In this document: in pieces, positions 26,930 through 37,039 of the stretch
Position numbering within the stretch: the first letter of the stretch is position 1
How the letters are laid out: the number at the start of each line of letters is the position of its first letter
Origin: Candidatus Woesebacteria bacterium
Lineage (GTDB): Bacteria > Patescibacteriota > Saccharimonadia > Saccharimonadales > EFPC-124
Assembly (NCBI GenBank): GCA_050115675.1
Contig: JASFQB010000005.1
Span: 88,556 to 127,392, forward strand
Direction of reading: 5' to 3'
DNA length: 38,837 nt
Translations under genes and position numbers: made by a program
The notes under the pieces: model-generated
The model's input: the letters and a program-made list of their open reading frames with translations, nothing else
Told to the model about the DNA's origin: nothing
The model's database searches: none

Positions 26930-27694
26930 ATGGCAGGAAGCATTATAGCGGTCACAAACCAGAAGGGCGGAGTTGGCAAAACCACCACTGCTGTTAATGT
27001 TGCCTATTTTTTAACCAAACATGGCAAAAAGGTTTTGCTTGTAGACTTTGATCCACAGGGCAATGCTACTAGTGGGCTGGGAGTAAACAAACAAGAGCTT
27101 GCGCGTACAGTAATTGACGCTATTTTGGATGGTGTTCCGACTATCGAATGTATAGTGCCAACTAAACACAAAAATCTTGATTTATTGCCAGTCACGCCAC
27201 ATCTTGCCAATGCCGAGGTGGAGCTTGCTAAGGCTGAACATCGTTTTACAAGGTTAAAAAGTGCTTTATCGGGGCACAATTACGATTACGTTATAATTGA
27301 TTGTCCGCCATCATTAAGCTTGCTCACCGTAAACAGTTTAATTGCGGCTCAGTATATTTTATTGCCCGTGCAGGCCGAGTTTTATGCACTTGAGGGTCTG
27401 GGGCAGTTATTGGAGACCATGCAGCTGGTTCGCAAGGGGCTAAACCCTGATCTTGAACTTTTGGGCGTTGTGTTAACTATGGTAGACGGTCGCACTAGCT
27501 TATCTGGTCAGGTTCACGAAGAAGTTAAAAAACATTTTCCTGGCAAGGTATTTGATACAATTATTCCACGCAACGTTCGTTTGGCAGAGGCGCCAAGCCA
27601 TGGTCTGCCAGTTGGTGCCTACGACAGATGGTCCAAGGGCTCCAGGGCGTATAAGGGCCTGGTAAAAGAGCTAAAAATTCGTGTAGAAAAATAG
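26930..27694 (+). CDS. parA: Chromosome partitioning ATPase ParA/Soj
   Basis: NQKGGVGKTTT, DPQGNATSGLG, IIDCPPSL, IPRNVRLAEAPSHG. Confidence 0.97.
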   Translation: MAGSIIAVTNQKGGVGKTTTAVNVAYFLTKHGKKVLLVDFDPQGNATSGLGVNKQELARTVIDAILDGVPTIECIVPTKHKNLDLLPVTPHLANAEVELAKAEHRFTRLKSALSGHNYDYVIIDCPPSLSLLTVNSLIAAQYILLPVQAEFYALEGLGQLLETMQLVRKGLNPDLELLGVVLTMVDGRTSLSGQVHEEVKKHFPGKVFDTIIPRNVRLAEAPSHGLPVGAYDRWSKGSRAYKGLVKELKIRVEK

Positions 27695-27712
27695 AAAGTA
27701 TAGGAGCGGTAA

Positions 27713-28591
27713 ATGGCAGTAAAACGGGGTTTAGGACGGGGTTTTGATGCATTAATTCCAACACAATTATTGGATGAAGAGTTTGACCCAACTAGTCAGC
27801 AAGACGAAAAATCATCTAAGCTTAAAAATCTTAAAATTATCGATGTTGTTCCTAATGATGATCAGCCACGTCGTCATTTTGACGAATCCGCTTTACAAGA
27901 GTTGGCAGAGTCAATAAAAGAACACGGAATCTTATTGCCGTTGGTGGTTGTGCCTAAGGGCGAAAAATTTGAAATAGTGGCAGGTGAGCGACGCTGGCGT
28001 GCCGCGCAAATAGCAGAGCTAAAAGAAGTGCCAGCATTGGTGCGAACTTTAACGGATCAGCACAAGCTAGAACTTTCTTTAATAGAAAACTTGCAGCGTC
28101 AAGATCTAAACCCACTCGAAACCGCAACTGCGTATCTTAAGCTCCATCAGCAGTTTAACCTTACATACGAAGAGATTGGCAAAAGAGTGGGCGGTAAGGC
28201 CATTAGTACAATAAGCAACATTTTGCGCCTGCTGGCTCTTCCAAAAGACGCAAAGCATGCGTTGGTAGAAGGTAAAATAACTGAGGGGCACGCACGGCAG
28301 ATCTTGGCAATAAAAGAGCCAGAAGTGCAAACAGAATTGCTGAATCTAATTATAAAAAACGAATGGTCGGTACGAAAAACCGAGCAATTTGTAATTGGTT
28401 ATAAAGAGGGTGAAAAAGACAAAAAAGTTGCAGTTGCAAAAGTGCAAACCCAGACTCCACAAACCAAGGCAATTTCGAAACGCTTAAATGCCGATGTAAG
28501 CATAAAAAATATGGCAAAAGGTGGCCGGCTGATGATTACTTTTAAAGACAACGATGACTTAGCGCGAATTGCCGAATTGCTAACAAACTAG
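27713..28591 (+). CDS. parB: Chromosome partitioning protein ParB/Spo0J
   Basis: GLGRG, QPRRHF, AGERRWRA, IENLQRQDLNP. Confidence 0.97.
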   Translation: MAVKRGLGRGFDALIPTQLLDEEFDPTSQQDEKSSKLKNLKIIDVVPNDDQPRRHFDESALQELAESIKEHGILLPLVVVPKGEKFEIVAGERRWRAAQIAELKEVPALVRTLTDQHKLELSLIENLQRQDLNPLETATAYLKLHQQFNLTYEEIGKRVGGKAISTISNILRLLALPKDAKHALVEGKITEGHARQILAIKEPEVQTELLNLIIKNEWSVRKTEQFVIGYKEGEKDKKVAVAKVQTQTPQTKAISKRLNADVSIKNMAKGGRLMITFKDNDDLARIAELLTN

Positions 28592-28592
28592 A

Positions 28593-29279
28593 CTAAAAGC
28601 TGTCAACTTTATTAAACGGAAAAATACGAAGCGCCAAGCGGCCGTCTATTTTGTTTAGCTCGACTGGGCCAAAAGATCTTGAGTCAAACGAGCCATTCAT
28701 AACGCGGTTGTCGCCTAGAACATAAATGCAATCTTGTGGTACGACTATGTCAATAACTGACGTGGTGTATGTTGGTTCAAGCTTAAGGTTAAGCTCTGAG
28801 TCCACGCTAAGACCTTGGGGATTTTCTGAATTTTTTACGGTAACGATGCCGTTTTCAATATGTACGGTTTCGCCAGGTAGGCCAATTACACGCTTAATTA
28901 GCTGCTCGTTGTGTCCGTATTGGTCCAGTATGCTTGTGTCTAGCACTACGATATCTCCACGTTTTGGAATATATGGTTTACCCTGAATAGCTGCGGAGGT
29001 TTTACTAACCTTTTCTATTATTAGTCGATCGTTGTTTTGTAAAGTTGGCGTCATGCTTGTGCCGTCCACGTAGTATGACTGAAAGATAAATTGATTTATA
29101 AGCGTAGCTGCAATTGCCACAGTGGCAATAAAGGCGGCAAATGATAGAATATTTTTTAGTGTCTCAAAAAAAGCCCTTTTTTTGTCGTGTTTTTGGGCAG
29201 TTTCTAGTATTTTTGCCTCTTGTGCGGGATCTTCAGATTGGCCGGGTAAATTCTCAGGAAATTGTTGTTCCATAAACAT
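28593..29279 (-). CDS. lepB: Signal peptidase I
   Basis: TM helix, GTSMTPTL (Ser), LIKRVIGLPG (Lys), GDNR...SFDSR. Confidence 0.95.
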   Translation of the reverse strand: MFMEQQFPENLPGQSEDPAQEAKILETAQKHDKKRAFFETLKNILSFAAFIATVAIAATLINQFIFQSYYVDGTSMTPTLQNNDRLIIEKVSKTSAAIQGKPYIPKRGDIVVLDTSILDQYGHNEQLIKRVIGLPGETVHIENGIVTVKNSENPQGLSVDSELNLKLEPTYTTSVIDIVVPQDCIYVLGDNRVMNGSFDSRSFGPVELNKIDGRLALRIFPFNKVDSF

Positions 29280-29359
29280 AATAATATAACGAAAACCTAA
29301 GAATTACTACGGTTTACGTGCGAGCATAAACGCGATATAGTGAGTATTACTGAGATTAT

Positions 29360-31087
29360 ATGAAAGACGACATAAAAAACACAGACGGTATTTTTAAGCG
29401 CCGCCAGAGTGCTACGGTTTCTGGTAGGCGAGCCCCTGACATGCAGGTGCCGTCGCACTATTTAGCTGACAATCAAAAGGTTCAAAATGGCAAACCTCCA
29501 GTTTTAACGCGCAGTAGCGGGCCATCTCTTCAAGGCAGTGTCGGGTCAAAAAGTTCAGCACATAGCGGCACGAAAGCACTTGATATAGATTTATCTTTAG
29601 ATGACGAAAAAGACAAAAAAAAGCCATCAAAAGACGGCAAAAGAAAGCGAAAATGGGGCCTAAAAGCTATTAAAGAATGGCGTCCTACAAAAAAATTCTT
29701 TAAGCGCTTGGCCATTGTAATTGGCGTTATTTTGTTGTTGCTGGCTGGCTATTTTGCCTACAAGGTATTTATTGCTTCTGGTAATATGTTTCGTGGTGGT
29801 GGGCAGTCTGTGCTTAACGGCAGCGGAATAGATAAAAGTAAGCTCCAGCACGAAGGCGATGGCCGTGTAAATATATTGTTGGCGGCTACTTCCGAAGACG
29901 ACGGCAGCCACCCAGGCGCTACCTTGACGGACAGTATTATGATTGCAAGTATCGACCCTGTAAACAAATCAACAACATTGGTCAGCATCCCTCGTGACCT
30001 ATGGGTAGAAATACCAGATTGTAGCATGTACTACCGCGAAAAAATCAACGCTGTGTACCAGTGTGGCGAAACAGATGGATTTAAAGAAGACGGCTTGCCA
30101 GATGGTGGTATGGGCTTACTACAAAAAGTCATACAAGAAGTCACAGATCTTAATATTAACTACTACGCAAAAATTAACTACGCAGCATTTAGAGAGGCAG
30201 TCGACTCTGTTGGTGGCATTGACGTAAACATAGAGAGCCCTGATCCTCGTGGAATTTACGACCCCAACTTTGACTGGATTTGTAACTACACCTGCACAAA
30301 AGTTAAATGGCCAAATGGCGTTGCTCACTTGGATGGAGAGCATGCTTTATACCTGGCTCGCTCGCGTAACAGCGCTGGCGGTTATGGCTTGCCACGGGGC
30401 GACTTTGACAGAACCATGTATCAACGCCTAATGTTGATTGCTTTAAAAGATAAAGCCGTAAGTCTAGAGACTCTTGGCAACCCAATTAAAGTCAGTTCGT
30501 TAATTGATTCTATAGGTAATAACGTTGTTACAAACTTTAGCCGCGATGATATTTTAAACCTATATAATGTTGCAAAAGACATTCCTTCAGATGATATGAA
30601 GTCTATTGGCTTGGCAGATGAAGACGTTGCATTGTTAACTACAGGATCAGCTGGCGGCGCCTCGATAGTTCAGCCAGTGGCAGGATTGTTCGAGTACGGC
30701 GATTTGCAAATGTACTTGCGAAGTCAGTTAGTCGACCCATATATAATAAAAGAAGCCCCAACAATTGCGTTATATAATGGCTCGGGCATATCAGGTTTGG
30801 CTGCAGGGCAAAAAGAGGTTCTAGAATCTTACGGATACAACGTAGTTTTAGCAGAAAGTGCTCCTACCCAAGACTTTAGCTCGACAGAATTTTACGACAC
30901 CGAAGACGGTCAAAAAGAAATAACAATTCAATACCTGCAAAATAGATACGGCACTTTGGCTACAACCGATGCTTTGCCAGAAGGTATCTTAGGTGAGTAC
31001 GACTCTGGCGAAGTAGACGAACAGGGTAATCCTATAATAAAAACAGCCGACTTCGTGATTGTATTAGGCAGTAACTTTCAAGATTAG
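29360..31087 (+). CDS. LCP (LytR-CpsA-Psr) family protein with C-terminal LytR_C-like domain
   Basis: TM helix, NILL, TDSIMI, SIPRDLWV, KINA, ARSR, DFDR...QR; C-terminal YNGSGISGLA...ADFVIVLGSNF. Confidence 0.93.
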   Translation: MKDDIKNTDGIFKRRQSATVSGRRAPDMQVPSHYLADNQKVQNGKPPVLTRSSGPSLQGSVGSKSSAHSGTKALDIDLSLDDEKDKKKPSKDGKRKRKWGLKAIKEWRPTKKFFKRLAIVIGVILLLLAGYFAYKVFIASGNMFRGGGQSVLNGSGIDKSKLQHEGDGRVNILLAATSEDDGSHPGATLTDSIMIASIDPVNKSTTLVSIPRDLWVEIPDCSMYYREKINAVYQCGETDGFKEDGLPDGGMGLLQKVIQEVTDLNINYYAKINYAAFREAVDSVGGIDVNIESPDPRGIYDPNFDWICNYTCTKVKWPNGVAHLDGEHALYLARSRNSAGGYGLPRGDFDRTMYQRLMLIALKDKAVSLETLGNPIKVSSLIDSIGNNVVTNFSRDDILNLYNVAKDIPSDDMKSIGLADEDVALLTTGSAGGASIVQPVAGLFEYGDLQMYLRSQLVDPYIIKEAPTIALYNGSGISGLAAGQKEVLESYGYNVVLAESAPTQDFSSTEFYDTEDGQKEITIQYLQNRYGTLATTDALPEGILGEYDSGEVDEQGNPIIKTADFVIVLGSNFQD

Positions 31088-31130
31088 TTTTTGCGCCAAC
31101 AGCGTGCAGTAATGTATAATAAAGGGCAAT

Positions 31131-31895
31131 ATGGAACTGTTAGGTTTACGAGTTCGTAAAGGAAAACTAGGCGAGATAGCTTACGCTGGCATTAACGCTC
31201 TTATCCCTGTTGTATTATTGCTTTTAATACACGGATTTGATTCGATATATCCGGCTTTAGCCTTGGTGTTTTTGAGCAAATGGCGTATTTTATCGTTGCG
31301 TCCGCGTTTTTGGTGGATAAACATTAAAGCCAACTCGGTAGATTTGCTTGTTGGTATGAGTGTTGTAGGCTTATTGTATCTATCTATGACATCGTTGATT
31401 TTGCAGCTAGTAATTGTTTTGCTGTACGGATTTTGGATGCTGTATCTAAAACACAGGTCTGGTATAAGCTCAATTCATTGGCAGGCGGGAATTGCTCAAT
31501 TTTTTGCGCTAACAGTATTGTTTAGCTTATCTACTACTGTTAATGATTTTTTGATTGTGCTTGGCTGCTGGGTGATAGGCTATTCTGTTGCAAGACATGT
31601 TACAAGTGCCTACGACGAAAACTCAGTTGAGCTGCTAAGTGGGCTTTGGGGATTATTGACCGCGCAATTTGGTTGGATATTGTACTACTGGACTACGGCA
31701 TATGATTTGAGTTTGCCAATTATGATTCCTCAAATTGCGTTAGTCATGCTTGTTTTATCGTATGCGGCGACCCGTCTTTATTCGGCTGCAAAAAAAGACC
31801 AACTTTCTGTTGCGCTTGTTCGCCTAACCTCAATATATAGTATTTTGTTAATGCTTGTTATATTGCTATTTTCGCACTGGAGCGTGGTAATATAA
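31131..31895 (+). CDS. Polytopic membrane protein of unknown function
   Basis: 254 aa, almost entirely hydrophobic helices; TTGCGC-N18-TATAAT 10 nt upstream of the ATG. Confidence 0.75.
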   Translation: MELLGLRVRKGKLGEIAYAGINALIPVVLLLLIHGFDSIYPALALVFLSKWRILSLRPRFWWINIKANSVDLLVGMSVVGLLYLSMTSLILQLVIVLLYGFWMLYLKHRSGISSIHWQAGIAQFFALTVLFSLSTTVNDFLIVLGCWVIGYSVARHVTSAYDENSVELLSGLWGLLTAQFGWILYYWTTAYDLSLPIMIPQIALVMLVLSYAATRLYSAAKKDQLSVALVRLTSIYSILLMLVILLFSHWSVVI

Positions 31896-31945
31896 GCTGT
31901 TTCTCAGATTTAGACCTTAAGCTAAAAATAAGGACTGTTTAGCAA

Positions 31946-33172
31946 ATGATCAACTCTCACGAAAAACAAGAAAACAAAGAAGTTGTCAGCATCGAAGTTG
32001 GCAAAAAAAGTCGAGACCTACACTTGCCCAAAAAGCCTAAAATAAATCACAGATTTTTTGTTTTGGTAAGGAACTTTTTTGGACTACTACTATTGTGCGT
32101 AGCAGCCAGCAGTATTACTGCTTGGATAATAATTGGCTCGGGTTGGTTTGGGCAAAATGCAGCGCAAACTATTACCGAAAATCGCGAAAAAATTGTACTT
32201 CAAGAAGGCGAAATTGTATCGGACGTGTTTGAAAAAGTTAGCCCAAGTACCGTATCTATAACAACCCAAGCAATTGTGGCAAGTAGCTATTATAGTTCAT
32301 CTAGCGTTCAAGAGGGTGAGGGTAGTGGCATAATTGTGTCTAGCGACGGGTATATTTTAACAAATAAGCACGTTGTGCCAGATGGGACTTCAAAAGTTAC
32401 AGTAGTACTACATGACGGACGTGAATTTAGCGCCCAAGTTGTTGGGCGAGATCCGCTAAACGACATTGCATTTATTAAGGTAAATGGTGTAGATGATTTG
32501 ACTGCTGCAACGCTTGGGAATTCTGACGAAGTCAAGCCCGGGCAAAAGGTAATTGCAATCGGTAACGCATTGGGAGAATTTAGCAACAGCGTAACCGCGG
32601 GCATTGTGTCTGGTATTGGCAGGCCGGTAGAGGCAACAGATGATTTGGGTGGATTAGAGACTTTAGAAAATCTTATTCAAACAGACGCCGCAATTAACCT
32701 TGGTAACTCTGGTGGTCCGTTGTTAAACCTAAAAGGCGAGGTTATTGGTATAAATACGGCCATTGCCGAAGAATCACAGAGCATTGGCTTTGCCATTCCA
32801 ATCAACGACGCAAAAGGCTTAATGGAAAACATGCTAAAAACCGGCAAAGTAGAAAGACCATACCTTGGGGTGCGATACATATCGTTGACTTCAGATATTG
32901 CCAAACAACTAGGAACAGATCAAACGCAGGGAGCTTATTTGTCTGCTGAGTCTGATCAGCAGTCCGCAGTTGTAACTGACAGCCCAGCAGATAAAGCTGG
33001 CTTAAAACAGGGAGATGTTATAAAAAAAGTTGGCGATATTAACATCGACCAAACAAACACGCTAGCGTCACTTTTGGCCAGATATTCTCCTGGCGACAGC
33101 GTAAAACTAACATACATACGCGATGGCCAAGAAAAAACTGTAGAAGTAACCTTAAGCACATACCAAAGCTAG
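31946..33172 (+). CDS. htrA: HtrA/DegP-family serine protease with a PDZ domain
   Basis: TM anchor, TNKHVV, DIA, QTDAAINLGNSGGPL, C-terminal PDZ. Confidence 0.95.
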   Translation: MINSHEKQENKEVVSIEVGKKSRDLHLPKKPKINHRFFVLVRNFFGLLLLCVAASSITAWIIIGSGWFGQNAAQTITENREKIVLQEGEIVSDVFEKVSPSTVSITTQAIVASSYYSSSSVQEGEGSGIIVSSDGYILTNKHVVPDGTSKVTVVLHDGREFSAQVVGRDPLNDIAFIKVNGVDDLTAATLGNSDEVKPGQKVIAIGNALGEFSNSVTAGIVSGIGRPVEATDDLGGLETLENLIQTDAAINLGNSGGPLLNLKGEVIGINTAIAEESQSIGFAIPINDAKGLMENMLKTGKVERPYLGVRYISLTSDIAKQLGTDQTQGAYLSAESDQQSAVVTDSPADKAGLKQGDVIKKVGDINIDQTNTLASLLARYSPGDSVKLTYIRDGQEKTVEVTLSTYQS

Positions 33173-33994
33173 TTATTTGTTAGTTAAAACTACGCAGTAA
33201 TCAACAATTTTAATCAATTTTAAGCCATTTTGTTTGGCGTAAAGGGTAATTTCTTCGTGCTGGCAGGGGTCGGCCTCAAGAATTATATAGCCAGGCGCAT
33301 TAAGATATGTTACGCTTTGACTAAGTAGTTTTTTGATTAGCTTAAGCCCATTGTCTTCGGCAAAAAGAGCTGTTGAGGGCTCGAAGTTTGTTTCTGGCGA
33401 GCGTTGCCACTGCGGGTTAACATAAGGTAAATTAGCTACAATAAAATCGTATTTTTTTGTGCAATCGTCTAGCAAATTGCCTTGGTAAAAATCAATATTT
33501 GAACCTAGATTTTTAGCATTTTGCCTGGCAGTATCTAGTGCCTTTTTGCTAATATCGGTTGCAAAAACGTTTAATTTTGGTAGCTCAAGCTTTGTGGTTA
33601 TGGCAATAGCACCCGATCCAGTGCCAACGTCTATTAAAGTACCAGTGCTGTTTTTTGCAAGTTTAATAACTTCATCTACTAAAGTCTCGGTCTCTGGGCG
33701 AGGTATTAAAACGTCGCTATTTACCTTAAAAGTACGGCCATAAAACTCTTGGTGCTTTAAAATATACGCCATGGGCTCGTGGTTTATGCGTCTTTTTAGT
33801 AAAGCTTGCAGCTGGTTTTGGTCTTTTTGATCTAGACAATCGTTTTCGTGTGCTAGTAGGGCAGCTCTGTTGCGTTTGGTAACTTCGCACAGTAGTAACT
33901 GTGCGTCTAGTCGCGCACTTTTAGAGCCACTTTGCAACAATAAAGCAGTGGCGTTGCCTAACCACTGGTTTATGGTTATTGTTTGCAAAGACAT
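33173..33994 (-). CDS. prmC: Release factor glutamine methyltransferase
   Basis: EPMAYI, VLIPRPETE, DVGTGSGAI, NLPY. Probable start is ATG 33994, just after the prfA stop. Confidence 0.95.
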   Translation of the reverse strand: MSLQTITINQWLGNATALLLQSGSKSARLDAQLLLCEVTKRNRAALLAHENDCLDQKDQNQLQALLKRRINHEPMAYILKHQEFYGRTFKVNSDVLIPRPETETLVDEVIKLAKNSTGTLIDVGTGSGAIAITTKLELPKLNVFATDISKKALDTARQNAKNLGSNIDFYQGNLLDDCTKKYDFIVANLPYVNPQWQRSPETNFEPSTALFAEDNGLKLIKKLLSQSVTYLNAPGYIILEADPCQHEEITLYAKQNGLKLIKIVDYCVVLTNK

Positions 33995-33995
33995 A

Positions 33996-35069
33996 TCAGT
34001 CAGATGCTTCTTGGGCTTTGAGTTCACGCTCGTATGCCTGCAAATGTTTTATTACGTCGTCAATTTCGCCGTTTAGTGCAGCCGGAATGTTGCTACGAGA
34101 ATAACCAATGCGATGGTCGGTAATGCGGTCTTGCGGAAAGTTGTATGTTCTAATTTTTTCGGATCTATCGCCAGAGCCAATTAAGTTGCGTCGTTCGGAT
34201 GCTAATTTTTGCTGTTCTTCTTGCAACTTCATGGCTAACAAACGGCTTCGCAAAACGCCCATGGCTTTATCTTTGTTTTTGATTTGAGACTTTTCGTCCT
34301 GGCAAGTAACAACAAGATTGGTTGGCAGGTGAGTGATGCGCACGGCAGAATCTGTGGTGTTTACGCTTTGACCGCCGTGGCCACCAGATCTAAACACATC
34401 AATGCGCAAATCGTTTGGGTTAATCTGAATATCAGACTCCTCGGCCTCTGGTAAAACTGCTACGGTTGCAGTAGAGGTGTGAATTCGGCCAGAAGATTCT
34501 GTAGACGGCACGCGCTGTACGCGGTGAACGCCAGACTCAAACTTTAGTGAGCTATAAACGTCTGCGCCACGCACCGCAAAAATAATTTCTTTAAAACCGC
34601 CAACCTCTGATGGACTTTCGCTAATAAGCTCAGTTTTAAAACCGTGTGCTTCGGCGTAGCGAATGTACATTCTGTAAAGCTCCGCTGCAAACAGAGAGGC
34701 CTCGTCGCCGCCAGCGCCAGCGCGAATTTCTACAATAACGTCTTTTTCGTCGTTGGGGTCTTTTGGTGTTAACAACTCAAAAAGCCGCTCGTTAATGTCG
34801 GCAAGTTCTTGCTCGATTTCGGGAATTTCGGACTTGGCTAGCTCTGCAAGATCACTGTCAGAGCTTGTAGAGAGTTCGCGTGCTTCTTTAAGGTGGCCTG
34901 CAAGGTCGTTTTGGCGCTCAACAAGCTGTAAAATATCGTCAAGCTCGCTTGCGCGCTTGGTTTTTTTTGTAAAATCCGGGTCAGAATAAGCATCCGGGCG
35001 CGACAAAAAAGCCTGAAGCTCATTGTGTTCGGACTTAAGCGCTTGCTCGTTAAGTTGAATCTGCGCCAT
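33996..35069 (-). CDS. prfA: Peptide chain release factor 1
   Basis: RVQRVPSTE (PxT motif), [22 protein letters not shown]. Confidence 0.98.
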   Translation of the reverse strand: MAQIQLNEQALKSEHNELQAFLSRPDAYSDPDFTKKTKRASELDDILQLVERQNDLAGHLKEARELSTSSDSDLAELAKSEIPEIEQELADINERLFELLTPKDPNDEKDVIVEIRAGAGGDEASLFAAELYRMYIRYAEAHGFKTELISESPSEVGGFKEIIFAVRGADVYSSLKFESGVHRVQRVPSTESSGRIHTSTATVAVLPEAEESDIQINPNDLRIDVFRSGGHGGQSVNTTDSAVRITHLPTNLVVTCQDEKSQIKNKDKAMGVLRSRLLAMKLQEEQQKLASERRNLIGSGDRSEKIRTYNFPQDRITDHRIGYSRSNIPAALNGEIDDVIKHLQAYERELKAQEASD

Positions 35070-35105
35070 TTATTTTGCCCCCGGAGTGGACGGTTCCGCC
35101 CGTAG

Positions 35106-35438
35106 TTACTTTTTGTCTGCAGCAGCAGCTTTTTTGCTAGAAGTAGCAATTGCCTTTTTAGCTTTGTTAGCCAAAGCTTTTTTGCGGTCTTCGGCAGCTT
35201 TCATGCGAGCAGCAAAGCGGTCTAGGCGACCTTCGGTGTCGATTAGTTTTTCTTGGCCTGTAAAGAATGGGTGAGAGGCGCTAGAAATATGAACCTTTAT
35301 AAGAGGATATTCGTTGCCGTCTTCCCACTTTATTGTTCCGTCAGCTTTAGCTGTTGAGCTAGTTAAAATAGCAAAATCAGCAGCAATGTCCTGGAAGACA
35401 ACTGGGCGGTAGTCTGATGGGTGTAAGTCTTTTCTCAT
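35106..35438 (-). CDS. rpmE: 50S ribosomal protein L31 type B (Zn-free) with a Lys/Ala-rich tail
   Basis: [11 protein letters not shown]...WEDGNEYPL...SASHPFFTG...GRLDRF; no Cys. Confidence 0.95.
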   Translation of the reverse strand: MRKDLHPSDYRPVVFQDIAADFAILTSSTAKADGTIKWEDGNEYPLIKVHISSASHPFFTGQEKLIDTEGRLDRFAARMKAAEDRKKALANKAKKAIATSSKKAAAADKK

Positions 35439-35448
35439 AATTAAATCT

Positions 35449-35477
35449 ATTGTATCTGTTATTTAAGGATATGTCAA
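35449..35477 (-). promoter_or_regulatory. Near-consensus promoter of rpmE-prfA-prmC
   Basis: TTGACA(35477-72)-N17-TACAAT(35454-49); ATG 10 nt downstream. Confidence 0.85.
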
Positions 35478-35768
35478 CTATTTACCGACGTTGAGTTGGA
35501 ATCTGGAGCTGTACCAAGACTCATTATTCGACGGCTCCCTCCCCGTAGCCCCATGATCACAAACCTTCACAGCCCCAGCTTCTATTAAGCTTTTTTCTAT
35601 TGGCTTAGCAACTTCCTCAGCTCTGTTAGTAGCAAAAGGGTTGCCGTTAAACGCTATGGTTAAGAATCCCCAATACACCAACCAACCCACAACAACAGGC
35701 ACTAATACTATTAATAGTATCTTGAACGAACACTTTAAAATATTTTGTATAGGTTTACTTTTTATCAT
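35478..35768 (-). pseudogene. Array paralog A, C-terminally truncated membrane-anchored protein
   Basis: 96 aa versus 189-191 aa for its paralogs; ends QLNVGK* where paralog B continues QLNVGKDQ. Confidence 0.75.
35560..35629. repeat. 70-bp direct repeat shared by paralogs A and C (copy 2 at 36778-36847)
   Basis: Manual alignment gives 69/70 identical. Confidence 0.9.
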
Positions 35769-35786
35769 GTTGTTGGTGATTATATA
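35665..35786. repeat. 122-bp direct repeat, copy 1 (copy 2 at 37512-37633)
   Basis: Manual alignment gives 121/122 identical. Covers the -10 box, start codon and N-terminal/TM coding region of paralogs A and D. Confidence 0.92.
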
Positions 35787-35805
35787 CCAAGTAGGGTGGT
35801 TGGGG

Positions 35806-36381
35806 CTATTTTTTACGTTCAGGTAGGCTTATACCCAAAGATATAGCAGTATGAGTATCATCGCCAATTAAGTACATACCGTTGCTACAAGATATCTTAC
35901 TTCTGTCTGTGTTGACATGTAAGCTCACTCCCAACTCAATATCCCCCTCCGCTAAATCACCATACGTACTAGGTTTGCGTGCTCCAAAGTTAAGAATAGA
36001 GTCGTAATAGTAATAGCTTAAATCATCTTGGCGCTCTAGATTATACTCATTATCCGCTGCCACTTTTTTAACAATCTCTATAGCCTGATCTTTACCGACG
36101 TTGAGTTGGTAGTAACCGGAGTAGTACGGAGTGCGTGTGTTCAAAGAACTCGTCCCATTACTCTCATTGTCACAAACTTTTGTAGCTCCAGCTGCAAGCA
36201 ATGATTTTTCTATGGGTGTTGCTGCGTCTTTGGCAGGATTGGAGATGAAAGGGTTATTGAATTGTAAAGAAAAAACAAAGACCGCCATGCAAACAACGGA
36301 TACTGTAATCGCAAGCGACAGAGAAACGACACTTATTGGTGTTTTTAAACTAAACTTTTTTAAGGATTGATCTTTTTTCAT
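35806..36381 (-). CDS. Array paralog B, membrane-anchored exported protein
   Basis: Basic N-terminus, TM helix, NPF..N.A...A.PIEKSL..AGA.KVC core, second Cys, C-terminal SLPERKK. Confidence 0.8.
   Translation of the reverse strand: MKKDQSLKKFSLKTPISVVSLSLAITVSVVCMAVFVFSLQFNNPFISNPAKDAATPIEKSLLAAGATKVCDNESNGTSSLNTRTPYYSGYYQLNVGKDQAIEIVKKVAADNEYNLERQDDLSYYYYDSILNFGARKPSTYGDLAEGDIELGVSLHVNTDRSKISCSNGMYLIGDDTHTAISLGISLPERKK
36172..36243. repeat. 72-bp direct repeat shared by paralogs B and D (copy 2 at 37406-37477)
   Basis: Manual alignment gives 72/72 identical, with further similarity on both flanks. Confidence 0.9.
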
Positions 36382-36413
36382 ATTATCTAAGAGTAGAAGG
36401 AGGTGATTTGAGG

Positions 36414-36983
36414 TTATTTTTTACGTTCGGGTAGGCTTACAGACAGCCCGAAAGTAGTACTGCCATCCTCCAGCCCGTCCGCATTAGTTTGGGCGCAATT
36501 TCCATTAGAGGCGGATACGTCATAATGTGTAAGTAAGTTAATGTTAAAAGCTATCCCTATGTCTCCGTTGTCAAGATTGGAGTATTCACTAGTCTTGCTT
36601 GCGCCAGCGTAGGAATAATAATCGTTTTCTTGCGTAAAGGCATCAAGGATATATCCATTATCCTTGGCTGCGGTGGATACTGTCTCTTGAGTTTCTTCCA
36701 CTGTGCCGTCAATTTTAAACGTTGCACTATACCAAGGTATTCTATTTGTAGCTTCGTATCCAGTGGCTCCTCTGCTGCAAACCTTCACAGCCCCAGCTTC
36801 TATTAAGCTTTTTTCTATTGGCTTAGCAACTTCCTCGGCTCTGTTAGATACAAAAGGATTATTATACTGTAAAAATAATGACACAAAAGGAGTAATCACA
36901 ATAACAGCAAGAACACACGTAGTAATTACTACAGCTCTACCTATTGAGGTTTTTAAAATTGGTGTGGTTAGTGGGTTTTTCAT
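36414..36983 (-). CDS. Array paralog C, membrane-anchored exported protein
   Basis: Same architecture; core NRAEEVAKPIEKSLIEAGAVKVC; C-terminal SLPERKK. Confidence 0.8.
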   Translation of the reverse strand: MKNPLTTPILKTSIGRAVVITTCVLAVIVITPFVSLFLQYNNPFVSNRAEEVAKPIEKSLIEAGAVKVCSRGATGYEATNRIPWYSATFKIDGTVEETQETVSTAAKDNGYILDAFTQENDYYSYAGASKTSEYSNLDNGDIGIAFNINLLTHYDVSASNGNCAQTNADGLEDGSTTFGLSVSLPERKK

Positions 36984-37039
36984 AGTGTCTAGGTTTAAGA
37001 GGGAGTGCTTTGGTTAGGGCTAAATTTGATTTGATAGAA

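Noticed and set aside
26930-28591. parAB as evidence of a plasmid or prophage, or of a nearby parS/oriC
   Set aside because: These are Soj/Spo0J chromosomal types among housekeeping genes; I saw no TGTTTCACGTGAAACA-like parS or DnaA-box cluster by eye.
7018-33175. Convergent genes with overlapping or abutting stops (7018-21, 21669-94, 28591/28593, 33172/33173)
   Set aside because: Expected from genome streamlining; no evidence of a dedicated antisense mechanism.
21000-34000. Apparent weakening of G/T skew on the + strand (possible replication origin or terminus)
   Set aside because: Spot checks of minus-strand genes on both sides still show G at least equal to C on the + strand; it cannot be supported without a cumulative skew calculation.
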